Positions 12,491 through 22,245 of a DNA stretch of 64,000 bases are shown here, piece after piece. Below the pieces are notes generated by a model. It did no database searches. It was not told where the DNA came from and saw nothing but the letters and a program-made list of their open reading frames with translations. Numbering within the stretch: the first letter of the stretch is position 1; every line of letters starts with the position of its first letter. This DNA comes from Myxococcales bacterium (lineage in GTDB: Bacteria; Myxococcota_A; UBA9042; JABWCM01; BTVJ01), in the NCBI GenBank assembly GCA_045863395.1, contig BTVJ01000012.1:84367-148366 (forward strand). The letters are read 5' to 3'. The translations under genes were made by a program, and so were the position numbers.

Positions 12491-13960
12491 TCACAGCGAC
12501 CCGGCAGGCGACGAGCCGCCGTCGCCGCCAGTGGGGTCGGGCGTCCCTGCGGCCGCGCGGCTGGACGGCCCGAAGACGGACTCGGCGGTGTACACCGGGT
12601 GCTCGTCGTCGGGCTCCTCTGCCGGCATGGCCAGGCTCCCGTCCTCCTTCTTCTTCTTCACTTCGTATGCGAGCTGCTGCAGGCGCTGGGCGGTGTCCAG
12701 GCTGACCCCCGGGATCGCCATCAGCTCCTCCTCGTCCGCGTTCAGGAGGTTCTCAGGCGAGTGGTAGCCGAGCTTGAACAGGTAGTCGAGGAGGCTGCCA
12801 TCCACCTCGTGCTGCTCCACCAGGTACCACCACAGCTCCTTCTTGCTCTGCTCGATCTTGCTCTCGCTGTTGATCTCGATCTTCCAGCCGATGAGCTTGG
12901 ACGCGAGCCGCACGTTCTGACCGCGCCGCCCTATGGCCAAGGAGAGCTGGTCGTCGGGTACGATCAGCTCGATGGTGTTGCGGTCCTCGTCGATGAGCAC
13001 GCGCGACACGTCCGCAGGCTGGATGGCGTTGCACACGAACTTCGCGACGTCAGGGCTCCAGGGCACGATGTCGATCTTCTCGCCTCGGAGCTCCTGCACG
13101 ACCGCCTGCACACGGGAGCCCTTCATGCCGACGCAGGCACCGACGGGATCCACGTCCGAGTCCCGTGAGGTGACGGCGATCTTGGCGCGCTCACCGGGCT
13201 CGCGCGCCACGCGCTGGATGGCGACGATGCCCTCGTAGATCTCCGGCACCTCCATCTCGAAGAGCTTGATGACCAATCCCTCGTCGGTGCGTGAGAGCAG
13301 GATCAGCGGCCCCTTGGCCTCCCGGTCGATGTCCTTCACGTAGGCCTGGACGCGGTCGCCCGCGCGATAGCTCTCGCGCGGCATCTGCTCGCGCAGCGTG
13401 AGCACCGCCTCTGCTCGCCCGAGATCCACGATGATGTTGCCGCGCTCGAAGCGCCGCGCGATGCCCGTGACCAGCTCGTGCTTGCGGTCCTTGTACTCGT
13501 TGAAGACGATGTCGCGCTCCGCCTCGCGCACCCGCTGGATGATCACCTGCTTGGCGGTCTGCGCCGCGATGCGTCCGAAGGTGCGCCGCGCCTGGCGGAT
13601 CTTGAGGATGTCGCCGTACTTCTCGTCCTCCTCCCGCGCCTTCTCCGAATCCTCGGGGCGGTAGAAGATCTGGAAGCCGAGCTCGTCGCCGGGCTGCACG
13701 TCCGGGTCGACCCGCTGCGCGTCCTCCACGGAGAGCTCCGTGTCCGGGTTCTCCAGGTCCTCGACGACCACCATGTACTGGAACAGCTCGACCTGGCCGA
13801 GGTCGTCGTTGTAGACCGCCTCCAGCTCCCGCTCGTAGCCGAAGACCTTCTTCGCGGCCGTCAGGATGGCCTGCTCCATGGCCTCGACCAGGATGGACCG
13901 GTCGATGCCCTTGTCCTTGCTGACCTGGTCAATGACGTTGTTGAGATTCTCGACCTGCAT
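12491..13960 (-). CDS. nusA: Transcription termination/antitermination factor NusA
   Basis: [13 protein letters not shown]1 and KH domains, [29 protein letters not shown]. Confidence 0.98.
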   Translation of the reverse strand: MQVENLNNVIDQVSKDKGIDRSILVEAMEQAILTAAKKVFGYERELEAVYNDDLGQVELFQYMVVVEDLENPDTELSVEDAQRVDPDVQPGDELGFQIFYRPEDSEKAREEDEKYGDILKIRQARRTFGRIAAQTAKQVIIQRVREAERDIVFNEYKDRKHELVTGIARRFERGNIIVDLGRAEAVLTLREQMPRESYRAGDRVQAYVKDIDREAKGPLILLSRTDEGLVIKLFEMEVPEIYEGIVAIQRVAREPGERAKIAVTSRDSDVDPVGACVGMKGSRVQAVVQELRGEKIDIVPWSPDVAKFVCNAIQPADVSRVLIDEDRNTIELIVPDDQLSLAIGRRGQNVRLASKLIGWKIEINSESKIEQSKKELWWYLVEQHEVDGSLLDYLFKLGYHSPENLLNADEEELMAIPGVSLDTAQRLQQLAYEVKKKKEDGSLAMPAEEPDDEHPVYTAESVFGPSSRAAAGTPDPTGGDGGSSPAGSL

Positions 13961-14012
13961 CCACTTGCTCCACTGGCGTGGCCTGGCGGGCTCAGCCGGC
14001 CCGGAGTACGTT

Positions 14013-14531
14013 CTATTGTGCGTTCTTCTGGGCGTCCCGAAGGTCCTCGAACCGGAACTCGAGGTGCGCCTTGCGGAGCCTGTCATACGTGACTCGTACC
14101 GGCGCGCCGCGATCCGGTACCAGGGTGACGCCGGCGTCGTCGGGCTCCTCGATGAGCCCGGACAGCACATCGACCAACGGCGGACCACCCGTCTCGCGGG
14201 GCCGCTCCACGTGGACCTTCGCCCGCTTGCCGACGAAGCGTCGGAAGTCCCGCGCGCCGCGCAGCGGCCGGTCGATGCCCGGCGAGGACACCTCCAGCCT
14301 GAAGGAGCTGGTGATCACGTCCTCGACGTCCAGGATGGGCGTCACCAGCCGGTCGACGGCCACGCAGTCGTCGCTCGACACATGCTCGTCACCCTCGGGG
14401 CGGTCGATGGTGACCCGAAGCACAGCCCCGGACGGACCGGACTTGTACTCCACGTCGAAGAGCTCCAGCCCCTGAGCCTCGATGACGGGCTGGATGAGCC
14501 CCTTCACTCGTTCTTCGATGCGTCCGCCCAA
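14013..14531 (-). CDS. rimP: Ribosome maturation factor RimP
   Basis: [27 protein letters not shown] start inferred from the RBS. Confidence 0.92.
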   Translation of the reverse strand: MGGRIEERVKGLIQPVIEAQGLELFDVEYKSGPSGAVLRVTIDRPEGDEHVSSDDCVAVDRLVTPILDVEDVITSSFRLEVSSPGIDRPLRGARDFRRFVGKRAKVHVERPRETGGPPLVDVLSGLIEEPDDAGVTLVPDRGAPVRVTYDRLRKAHLEFRFEDLRDAQKNAQ

Positions 14532-14789
14532 CCGCCTCGCCCCTTCGAGCACGACATACGCGTGCGTCCGACCTCGCACCGAGCTGCTCGGCGCCGCCTC
14601 AGCTCCGACGGGCAAGTGCCTTGCGGGAGCAGCGCCGGTTGAGCCCGGCGCCGTGGGCGAGGTCGAGGCGCGACCCCGTTGCGTGGGGGGCGCAGCCTCG
14701 GCCGGCGTCTGCCGGAGCGCGACGTGACGCCTCCGGCTCGTGCCTCGGAGCGCCGCAAGGTGCGCAGCGCCCGGTGCGAAGCGGGGGGG

Positions 14790-14818
14790 AAGCTAGCACA
14801 AGCGACCCAACGGCGCAA
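14790..14818 (-). promoter_or_regulatory. Candidate sigma70 promoter of the rimP-nusA-infB operon
   Basis: TTGCGC-N17-TAGCTT with an extended -10 TG. Confidence 0.4.
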
Positions 14819-14997
14819 GCGGATTCGGCGCCCCTGGGCAGAGCCGGTCAGTGCTCTCAATTCGCTTGCGTTGTCAGGGGATATCTCGTACCGATCGCGG
14901 GTCATGGCGCCATCCGTGCGGCGCCAGGCTCTACCGCGGGGCCGGCTCCAGGGCCGTCGCAGGGCGCCGCTGCCCAGTCTGGACCTTGCAGGATCAC

Positions 14998-15780
14998 ATG
15001 CCGAGCTTCCCCCTCCGCTACGTTGTCCCCAACGCAATCACCTGCGCGAGCCTGACTCTTGGCCTGGTCAGCGTGTTCCAGGCCATGGCAGGCGCATTCG
15101 AGGAGGCGTGCTGGCTCGTCATGTGGTGCGTGCTCTTCGACAAGCTCGACGGCAGCATGGCCCGCGTCCTGCGCGCATCCAGCTCCTTTGGGGTCCAGCT
15201 CGACTCCTTCAGCGACTTCGTGACCTTCGGTCTGGCCCCGGCGTTCCTGGTGCACGCCCTCCTCACGACGCCGGGAGAGGTCGGCACCCTCTACCTCGAT
15301 GGGGCCCTGTTCACCTGGATTCTCCGGGTGAGCATCGTGGTGTTCGTCCTCGCGAGCTGCCTGCGCCTCGCCAAGTTCAACGTCCTGACGGACCGCCTCG
15401 GCGGGGACTACTTCCTGGGCATGCCCACGACCATGGCGGGGGCGTTCATCGTGACCTACATCCTGACCGTGCGGAAGTACGACCTCCCGGTCGAGCTCAT
15501 CCTCGTCCTCCCCGGCATCTTCGTCGCCCTCGCGCTGCTGATGGTGGCCAACTTCAAGCTCCCGAAGGCCAAGGTCAGCGGCACCCTCCCCCAGCGGGTG
15601 TTCCAGATCGCCAACTTCACCGGGGTGTACGTGTGCGGGCTGCTGTGGATCTTCCCGGAGTACCTGCTTGCGACCGGCGTGACCTACATGATCGTCGGCG
15701 CCGCCTGGGGGGCCGTCAAGCTGCGTGACATGCCGGGGTGGCCCCTGCCTCCGGCAGCCCCGTCCGGGGACGACGCGTGA
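14998..15780 (+). CDS. CDP-alcohol phosphatidyltransferase (phosphatidylserine synthase-like)
   Basis: PNAIT, DKLDGSMAR...GVQLDSFSDFVTFGLAP, RLAKFN, FLGMP. Multiple TM segments. Confidence 0.88.
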   Translation: MPSFPLRYVVPNAITCASLTLGLVSVFQAMAGAFEEACWLVMWCVLFDKLDGSMARVLRASSSFGVQLDSFSDFVTFGLAPAFLVHALLTTPGEVGTLYLDGALFTWILRVSIVVFVLASCLRLAKFNVLTDRLGGDYFLGMPTTMAGAFIVTYILTVRKYDLPVELILVLPGIFVALALLMVANFKLPKAKVSGTLPQRVFQIANFTGVYVCGLLWIFPEYLLATGVTYMIVGAAWGAVKLRDMPGWPLPPAAPSGDDA

Positions 15781-15892
15781 TCCCGTCCGGCGGCGGCGCC
15801 TGGAGGAGCAGCCGGGCAGGCACCGGCGCTCTCCCGCCGGGCTCGGCGCGGTGGCGACGTCCGCACGGAACCAGGACACGTAGGGCTGGCGG

Positions 15893-15922
15893 TTGACGCC
15901 GTCGTGCCCCCCCTGGTATCGT
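15893..15922 (+). promoter_or_regulatory. Candidate sigma70 promoter of the bactofilin operon
   Basis: TTGACG-N18-TATCGT with an extended -10 TG. Confidence 0.5.
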
Positions 15923-15951
15923 CCGGCCCAACGAACTCACGAGGTGCCCCC

Positions 15952-16308
15952 ATGGCGGCGAACCCGTCGGATATCATAGGCAAAAACACCACCGTCCGCG
16001 GCGAGATCAGCGGGTCGGACCCGCTGCTCGTCAACGGCCGCGTCGAGGGGCAGATCCGGCTGGATTCGGAGCTCCTGGTGGCGCCGGGCGGGGCAGTGGA
16101 CGCGACGGTCACTGCCAGCCAGGTGCGCGTGGAGGGCAACCTCCGCGGTTCCGTGGCGGCCATCGAGCGCATCACCCTCAGGCCCGGCTGCGAGGTGGAG
16201 GGGGAGCTGCGCGCTCCGCAGATCGTCATCGAGGCCGACGCGCGCTTCAACGGCACCCTGCACATGGACATCGAGCTCCCCGCCGACCTCCTCGGCGCCG
16301 CTCGCTAG
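15952..16308 (+). CDS. Bactofilin (polymer-forming cytoskeletal protein) 1
   Basis: IIGKNTTVRGEI...LLVNGRVEGQI...VEGELRAPQIVIEADARFNGTLHM beta-helix pattern. Confidence 0.92.
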   Translation: MAANPSDIIGKNTTVRGEISGSDPLLVNGRVEGQIRLDSELLVAPGGAVDATVTASQVRVEGNLRGSVAAIERITLRPGCEVEGELRAPQIVIEADARFNGTLHMDIELPADLLGAAR

Positions 16309-16326
16309 CCCAGACTCGGAAGGCAC

Positions 16327-16641
16327 ATGGCACAGACCATCATCGGGACGTCGATCACGGTCGACGGCGAGATCCTCGGAGACGAGCCGCTGCTGGTGCG
16401 CGGCACGGTCAAGGGCCGCATCCACCTGACCGCCGCCGTACAGGTGGACACCTCCGGGGTGGTGGAGGCGGAGGTCCGCACCAGCGAGGCGCACGTCGCC
16501 GGCCAGGTCACGGGCAACGTCACCGCGACGGAGCGGGTCGAGATCCAGCCGGGCGGTCGCCTCACCGGGAACATCCGGGCGCCGCGCATCTTGATCGCCG
16601 ACGGCGCCCTGTTCAAGGGCACCATCGACATGGACGTGTAG
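16327..16641 (+). CDS. Bactofilin 2
   Basis: TIIGTSITVDGEI...GNIRAPRILIADGALFKGTIDM. Confidence 0.93.
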   Translation: MAQTIIGTSITVDGEILGDEPLLVRGTVKGRIHLTAAVQVDTSGVVEAEVRTSEAHVAGQVTGNVTATERVEIQPGGRLTGNIRAPRILIADGALFKGTIDMDV

Positions 16642-16649
16642 GGGTCACC

Positions 16650-17471
16650 ATGGCCGACAACCACACAGTCATCGCCGAGCAGGGCGCCGTCCGCGGGACG
16701 ATCCGCGGCACCGAGGACGTCGTCGTCTTCGGCTACGTGGAGGGGCGCGTCGAGCTCGATGGCACCCTGTTCGTCGAGCCGTCTGGGATCGTGAAGGCCG
16801 ACGTGGACGCCCGCCACGTGGTCATCGCCGGCGTGGTCGTCGGCGACGTCAGCGCCCGGGACTGCGTCGAGCTGCTGCCCAGCGGCCGGGTCGTGGGAAA
16901 CCTGTCCACGCCGCGGCTCGTCATGGCCGCGGGCGGCGCCGTGCGGGGCCAGGTAAGCATGGGAGCCGCCGGCGACCCGAAGCCCGAGGTGGCAGCGCCG
17001 GCCGCCCCAAAGCGACCCGTGACGGCTTCGCGCCCTGAGGTGAGCTCCCGGGCCCCCCGCGCCACGGACGAGCCGGTGTGGAGGCGACCAACGGCCCAGA
17101 TGGTCGCGGTCCCAGCGGCGTCGGCGCCAGCGGCCCCCGCGCGCCCCCCCCAGCAGGAGGCGGCCCCCGTGCGTCTTTCGCAGTTGGAGCCGCCGCCGCA
17201 ACGATATGCGCCCCCGGACCCGACCCCGGCGCCCCGGCCACAGCCACCGGCCCCGGCGGCCGCCGCCGCTGCGCCTGCGGCCCCGGCGCCCCAGGAGCCC
17301 GAGCGCCCGTCCGCGCCCGCGGAGCGCCCAATCCCGCGCCCCGCCCGGCGCAGCTTCGAAGATCTGGACACCCTCTTCCCGGTCATCCCGGAGTCCTCCA
17401 TGGATGGGTGGGCGGTCTCCGTCCCCTCGTCTGGCCCCCATGACGATGGCTCGGGGTCGCGGGAGGGTTGA
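16650..17471 (+). CDS. Bactofilin 3 with Pro/Ala-rich C-terminal extension (BacP-like)
   Basis: N-terminal bactofilin domain followed by a long disordered tail. Confidence 0.88.
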   Translation: MADNHTVIAEQGAVRGTIRGTEDVVVFGYVEGRVELDGTLFVEPSGIVKADVDARHVVIAGVVVGDVSARDCVELLPSGRVVGNLSTPRLVMAAGGAVRGQVSMGAAGDPKPEVAAPAAPKRPVTASRPEVSSRAPRATDEPVWRRPTAQMVAVPAASAPAAPARPPQQEAAPVRLSQLEPPPQRYAPPDPTPAPRPQPPAPAAAAAAPAAPAPQEPERPSAPAERPIPRPARRSFEDLDTLFPVIPESSMDGWAVSVPSSGPHDDGSGSREG

Positions 17472-18121
17472 TGCCTGCCGCCCAGCCCCGGCGCACCACT
17501 CGCAACGTCCCCGTGATGCTGCTCGCTGCCGTGCTCCCGCTCGCGTGCGCTCACCCGGCTGTCGATCTGCGCTCGACGGCTGACCTCCATGGCGACTACG
17601 GCGACGTCCTGGACCGCTGGACCCGCTCCGTGGAGACCTACGATGGCCTCAAGAGCGCGGTCTTCGTCAGCGCGACCCTGTTCGGCCCCGAGATGACCGA
17701 GGCGTGGCTCCGCGAGCAGGCGCGCCTGTTCCGGCTGGACGAGGTCGCGGCCGCACAGGCCCGCGCCTCCCTGGAGGCCGAGGCGAACGGATCGCACCGC
17801 CTGTTCCTCGCCGTCTTCACCAACGAGACCCGCTGGAATGACCTCGAGCGCCCGAACCCTGCCTTCCGCGTCTGGCTCGGCACCGACCTGGGCCCCCGGG
17901 TGGCGCCGGCATCCATCGAGCGGGTGCGGGACAGGAACGAGACGATCCGGGCGCTGTTCCCCCACCTGGGTCCATTTCGCCAGGGGTACGTGGTCAGCTT
18001 CCCACGGGAGGCGTCGGCGGGCGTCCCGACGATCCCGTCTGGAGCAACACGCATCACACTGGAGGTCACCGGCCCTCACGGGAACGCTGCCTTGGAGTGG
18101 GAGGTCGCGCGGACCCTATGA
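17471..18121 (+). CDS. Hypothetical lipoprotein
   Basis: Basic N-region, hydrophobic stretch and LAC lipobox. ATG overlaps the upstream stop (TGATG). Confidence 0.75.
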   Translation: MPAAQPRRTTRNVPVMLLAAVLPLACAHPAVDLRSTADLHGDYGDVLDRWTRSVETYDGLKSAVFVSATLFGPEMTEAWLREQARLFRLDEVAAAQARASLEAEANGSHRLFLAVFTNETRWNDLERPNPAFRVWLGTDLGPRVAPASIERVRDRNETIRALFPHLGPFRQGYVVSFPREASAGVPTIPSGATRITLEVTGPHGNAALEWEVARTL

Positions 18122-19005
18122 GAGAGCAGACCTTCACCAGCTTCGACGGCACGCGCATCTATTACAACCGTGTGGGCCACGGGCCCGCCATGGTCCTCTC
18201 GGACGGCATCGGGTGCGACCAGTACGTCTGGAGGTACGTCGTCGACGCCTTCCGGGACGAGTGGACCATCATCCGCTGGAACTACCGCGGCCACGGCCGC
18301 TCCGCCGTGCCTGCGAACCTGGACGACGTCACCATCGAGGCCCTGTGCCGGGATCTGGACGCCCTGATGGACGACGCCGGGATCGAGGCGGGCGTGCACC
18401 TGGGCCACAGCATGGGGGCGCAGGTGATCCTGGAGTTCTTCCGCCTCGCTCCGCAGCGGGTCCTGGCGCTGGTCCCCATCTGCGGGAGCTACTCCCACCC
18501 CTTGGACACCTTCCGGGACACCCGCCTGTTCAAGGACGGGGTGTTCCCGACGCTCCTCAAGCTGTTCAGCGCGGGCGACTCCCGCTTCAACCGGTCCTGG
18601 AAGAAGCTCCTGCCGACCGACCTGGCATACCGGCTGGCGCTGCTCACGGACCTCAACCCGCGCCTGATCAAGCGGGCGGACATGCTCCCATACTTCGAGC
18701 ACATGGCGACCATGGATCTCGCGCTCTTCGCCCGCCTGCTGGAGCGTGCCGGGGCCCACTCGGCGGAGCCGGTGCTCGCGACCATCGACGTCCCCACGCT
18801 GATCTTCGCGGGGGAGCGCGACCGTTTCACGCCGAGCTGGCTCAGCGAGGCCATGCACCGCAAGATTCGCGGCTCGGAGCTCTGCGTCATCCCCGGCGGC
18901 AGCCACACCGCGCCCATCGAGCTCCCGGACCTCGTGAACCTCCGTCTGGAGAAGTTCCTCCGGGAGCATGATCTGGCCACCGCCCACGCGCGCCACGCCC
19001 GCTGA
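18118..19005 (+). CDS. Alpha/beta fold hydrolase
   Basis: WNYRGHGRS, GHSMG nucleophile elbow, GERD, GGSH. ATGA overlap with the upstream gene. Confidence 0.92.
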   Translation: MREQTFTSFDGTRIYYNRVGHGPAMVLSDGIGCDQYVWRYVVDAFRDEWTIIRWNYRGHGRSAVPANLDDVTIEALCRDLDALMDDAGIEAGVHLGHSMGAQVILEFFRLAPQRVLALVPICGSYSHPLDTFRDTRLFKDGVFPTLLKLFSAGDSRFNRSWKKLLPTDLAYRLALLTDLNPRLIKRADMLPYFEHMATMDLALFARLLERAGAHSAEPVLATIDVPTLIFAGERDRFTPSWLSEAMHRKIRGSELCVIPGGSHTAPIELPDLVNLRLEKFLREHDLATAHARHAR

Positions 19006-19055
19006 CCCCAGGTCACACCGCCTCGCCAGAGCCCGCACAAAGGCGGAGTCTGCCG

Positions 19056-19084
19056 TTGAAGCCCGCAGGGGGCCACCGTATGAT
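19056..19084 (+). promoter_or_regulatory. Candidate sigma70 promoter
   Basis: TTGAAG-N17-TATGAT. Confidence 0.5.
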
Positions 19085-19145
19085 GCGCCGACGCCAGCGC
19101 CGGAGGACCGGTGCTCTGGCAGAGGCACGAGCGCGTGAGGCACCG

Positions 19146-21977
19146 ATGAAGCACCGAACACTGGCCCGAGCGGCCGCCTGGGCACTGGCCGCGACACTCG
19201 CAGGGGCGGGTTGCACGGGCACGAACGGAGGGCGTCAGAACCCCATCATCAATGACGGCGACGTCCCCGGCGGGAGCGGGGATGACGGCGCTGGCGGCGG
19301 CGCCACGGACACGGCCGGCGGTGGCTCCACGGACACGGGAGGCAGCGGGGGCGGGATTGGCCAGATCCAGGCCATCCAGAAGAACGAGGCCTTCGTGACC
19401 TGCGACGAGGCGGCGGCGGCCGACAACTTCGGCTTCTCGAAGACCAGCGTGGCGGCAGCGCTGTCGGACGTGGTCGTGGTGGCCCCCCAGTTCGACCTCT
19501 ACACCCACAAGACGGACCCGGCCAAGTCCCTGGACGGCTACTTCATCATGGAGGGCGCGGGCGGCCCCTGGAGCGGCATCCTCCTGGCCGTTCCACGGAG
19601 CAAGGCGATCACGCTGGCCGTGGGCGACATCATCGACGTCACCGGAGAGGCGGTCGACTACTTCTGCATGACGCAGGTCAAGGCGACGGCGGTCAAGAAG
19701 ACCGGCACCGTCTCCAAGATGCCGCCTGCGACGGACGTGGCCGCCGCCGATCTGGCCGACGCCACGACCGGCGAGCAGTGGGAGGCAGTGCTCGTCCGCG
19801 TCGCCGACGCGAAGGTCACCGCGGGGGCCAACAACTTCGGCGAGTGGACCATCGACAGCGCGCTGCCTGTGAACGACCTCTACGACTACGGCTACAAGGC
19901 CACAGTCGGCGACGTCGTGACCGTGTCGGGCGTGATGAACTACAACTTCTCGACGCGCAAGCTCGAGCCGCGCTCCGACGACGACGTCGTCACGGGCGGG
20001 GGCGGCGGAGGCCCGGACGCAACCACCGGAGACGGGGGCGGCGGCGGGAGCAGCTCCATCTATCAGATCCAGCACGCCGCGGAGAGCCTCCAGTGCACCA
20101 AGACTGACGGCCCGCTGACGGTCAACCCGGCGGTCACCGTCGACGGCGTCGTCGCGTCGCCGCCGTTCAAGGTCTCCGACAAGCTGACCGGCTACTTCGT
20201 CAGCGACGGCGTGGGCGGCCCCTACAGCGGCATCCAGGTGGTCGTACCTACGGACCTTGGCGTCACCTTGGACATCGGCGACGACATCACGGTGACGGGC
20301 AAGTGGGTCGAGTACTACTGCGCCACCCAGATCACCGCCATCAGCGTGGACAAGAACGGGACGGGCGCTGCGCTCCCACCGGCAGACGTCGTCGCGCCGG
20401 AGGACGTGGCCACCGACGGCGCGCTGGCCGAGGCCTATGAGAGCGTCTACGTCCAGGTGGACGGCGTCACGGTCACGAACCCGGACGCGGGCTTCGGGCA
20501 GTGGGAAGTGGACAGCGCCCTGCTGGTCGACGACGTGTTCAAGTTCGCCTACAAGCCGAAGATCGGCGACAAGATCGCCCACCTCCGGGGCTTCATGACC
20601 TTCTCCTTCGACGACTTCAAGCTCCTGCCCGCCTCGGACGCCGACGTGGACCTCACGGGCGTGGGCCCCGGCCCCGACGCGGGCGTGACGGATGGCGCGG
20701 ACACCACGAGCGGCGGCGGATCGGTGGCCGCAATCCAGGGGTCCTCGGAGAGCATCGGCTGCACGACGGACGGGTTCGAGAACCACGGCACCGTCGAGCT
20801 GAGCGCCGTGGTCGTGACGACGCCCAAGTTCAAGGTCGGCGCCAAGGACGCGTGGTACGTCGCCGACCAGGGCGGCGGCCCCTACAGCGGCGTCCTGGTG
20901 ATGGCAGACACCAAGCTGGGCGCGAGCTTCGTCCCCGGCGACCTGCTCGACGCCACCGGCGAGTGGGTCGAGTACTACTGCATGACCGAGGTGGAGATCG
21001 AGCAGTTCTCCGTCATCGGCACGGGCGCCCCCGTCCCCGCCCCTGAGCCCGTGTTCGCGGCCGACCTGAGCGGCGCGAGCGCCGAGCAGTGGGAGGGCGT
21101 CGTGGTCTCCATCGAGGACGCCACCGTGACCGTGGCGGCAGATCAGTACGGCGTCTTCAAGGTGGCCGACGACAGCGGCAGCGTCGACGTGGACGACGAC
21201 TTCAAGCCGGGCTACACGGCGTCGGTGGGCGACACCCTCGCGACCCTGACGGGGCCGCTGCGCTGGGGCTTCGGCAGCTTCAAGATCAACCCGCGGACCC
21301 TGTCGGACATCGTCCTCGGCAGCGGGGGCGGCGACGACACCGGCGCCGGCACGCCGGACACGGGCTCAGGCACCCCGTCCTCCAGCATCACGGCGCTGCA
21401 GACCAGCGCGGCGAGCGTCACCTGTGCCAGCCCCTCGTCCAGCGCCGACCACGGGAAGGTCACGCTCAAGGGCGTCACGGTGGTCTCCCCCAAGGGCTAC
21501 GCAGGCTCCGGCCTCGACGGCTACCAGGTGATGACCCCGCCCAACGCCCCGAATGCCGGTCTCTTCGTGGTGGCCAAGACCTCCCTCGGGCTGGCCCTGT
21601 CCAAGGGCGACGTCGTCGACGTGGCCGGCTCCCACAAGGAGCACTACTGCCTCACCGAGGTCTTCGCCGACACGGTGACGGTCATCTCCAGCGGCGCGGC
21701 CCCGTCCCTGTCGCCCATCGACACCACGGTGGCGGAGATCGCGGCTGGCAAGGAGCCGCTGGAGGGCTCGCTGGTCAAGGTGACGGGCGTCACGGCGGCG
21801 GCGGCAGACCAGTACGGGGACTTCGCCATCGGCAGCGGCGTCCTGGTGGACGACACGTTCTACAAGTTCACCCCGACCGCCGGCCAGACCCTCTCGTCGG
21901 TCACGGGATTCCTCAGCTACGGCTTCAGTGCATGGCGCATCCTCCCCCGCGATGCGTCGGACGTCAAAGCCCAGTAG
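19146..21977 (+). CDS. Lipoprotein with four tandem ~220-aa repeats, each resembling a double OB-fold (YhcR/ExeM-like) module
   Basis: Lipobox AGAGC. Repeated motifs GPYSGI, VEYYCxTq, EQWEGVLV, FGEW and GFxxYxFxxxKLxPRxxxDV, separated by Gly/Asp/Thr linkers. Confidence 0.8.
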   Translation: MKHRTLARAAAWALAATLAGAGCTGTNGGRQNPIINDGDVPGGSGDDGAGGGATDTAGGGSTDTGGSGGGIGQIQAIQKNEAFVTCDEAAAADNFGFSKTSVAAALSDVVVVAPQFDLYTHKTDPAKSLDGYFIMEGAGGPWSGILLAVPRSKAITLAVGDIIDVTGEAVDYFCMTQVKATAVKKTGTVSKMPPATDVAAADLADATTGEQWEAVLVRVADAKVTAGANNFGEWTIDSALPVNDLYDYGYKATVGDVVTVSGVMNYNFSTRKLEPRSDDDVVTGGGGGGPDATTGDGGGGGSSSIYQIQHAAESLQCTKTDGPLTVNPAVTVDGVVASPPFKVSDKLTGYFVSDGVGGPYSGIQVVVPTDLGVTLDIGDDITVTGKWVEYYCATQITAISVDKNGTGAALPPADVVAPEDVATDGALAEAYESVYVQVDGVTVTNPDAGFGQWEVDSALLVDDVFKFAYKPKIGDKIAHLRGFMTFSFDDFKLLPASDADVDLTGVGPGPDAGVTDGADTTSGGGSVAAIQGSSESIGCTTDGFENHGTVELSAVVVTTPKFKVGAKDAWYVADQGGGPYSGVLVMADTKLGASFVPGDLLDATGEWVEYYCMTEVEIEQFSVIGTGAPVPAPEPVFAADLSGASAEQWEGVVVSIEDATVTVAADQYGVFKVADDSGSVDVDDDFKPGYTASVGDTLATLTGPLRWGFGSFKINPRTLSDIVLGSGGGDDTGAGTPDTGSGTPSSSITALQTSAASVTCASPSSSADHGKVTLKGVTVVSPKGYAGSGLDGYQVMTPPNAPNAGLFVVAKTSLGLALSKGDVVDVAGSHKEHYCLTEVFADTVTVISSGAAPSLSPIDTTVAEIAAGKEPLEGSLVKVTGVTAAAADQYGDFAIGSGVLVDDTFYKFTPTAGQTLSSVTGFLSYGFSAWRILPRDASDVKAQ

Positions 21978-21984
21978 CCTCGCT

Positions 21985-22046
21985 CCACCCACAGTTCCTG
22001 TGGACAACCCTGTTGCACAGGACACGCAACCCGCTGAACCTGCACA
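21985..22046. promoter_or_regulatory. Cluster of DnaA-box-like 9-mers
   Basis: TGTGGACAA at 21999-22007 (= TTGTCCACA), TGTTGCACA at 22011-22019, weaker CCACCCACA and ACCTGCACA. Confidence 0.35.
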
Positions 22047-22245
22047 GCTTTGGTCGAAATGCCCACCGAATGGGCACCGGCCCGTCACCTGGTGTCACGG
22101 CGCCGTCACAGACGCCACCGCGGGCGCTCGTGGGCGGACCTGGGCGCTTCGAGCGGCGTGCGTGCGGCGGAGGGGCGCCTTGCGGGTCGGTGGCGGGCGA
22201 GAAGGGCGTGGGGGGAGAGACGCAGACGGACGGAGCCGACGTGGG

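Noticed and set aside
21978..22245. oriC
   Set aside because: No AT-rich unwinding element, few good DnaA boxes, and no dnaA/dnaN/gidA context.
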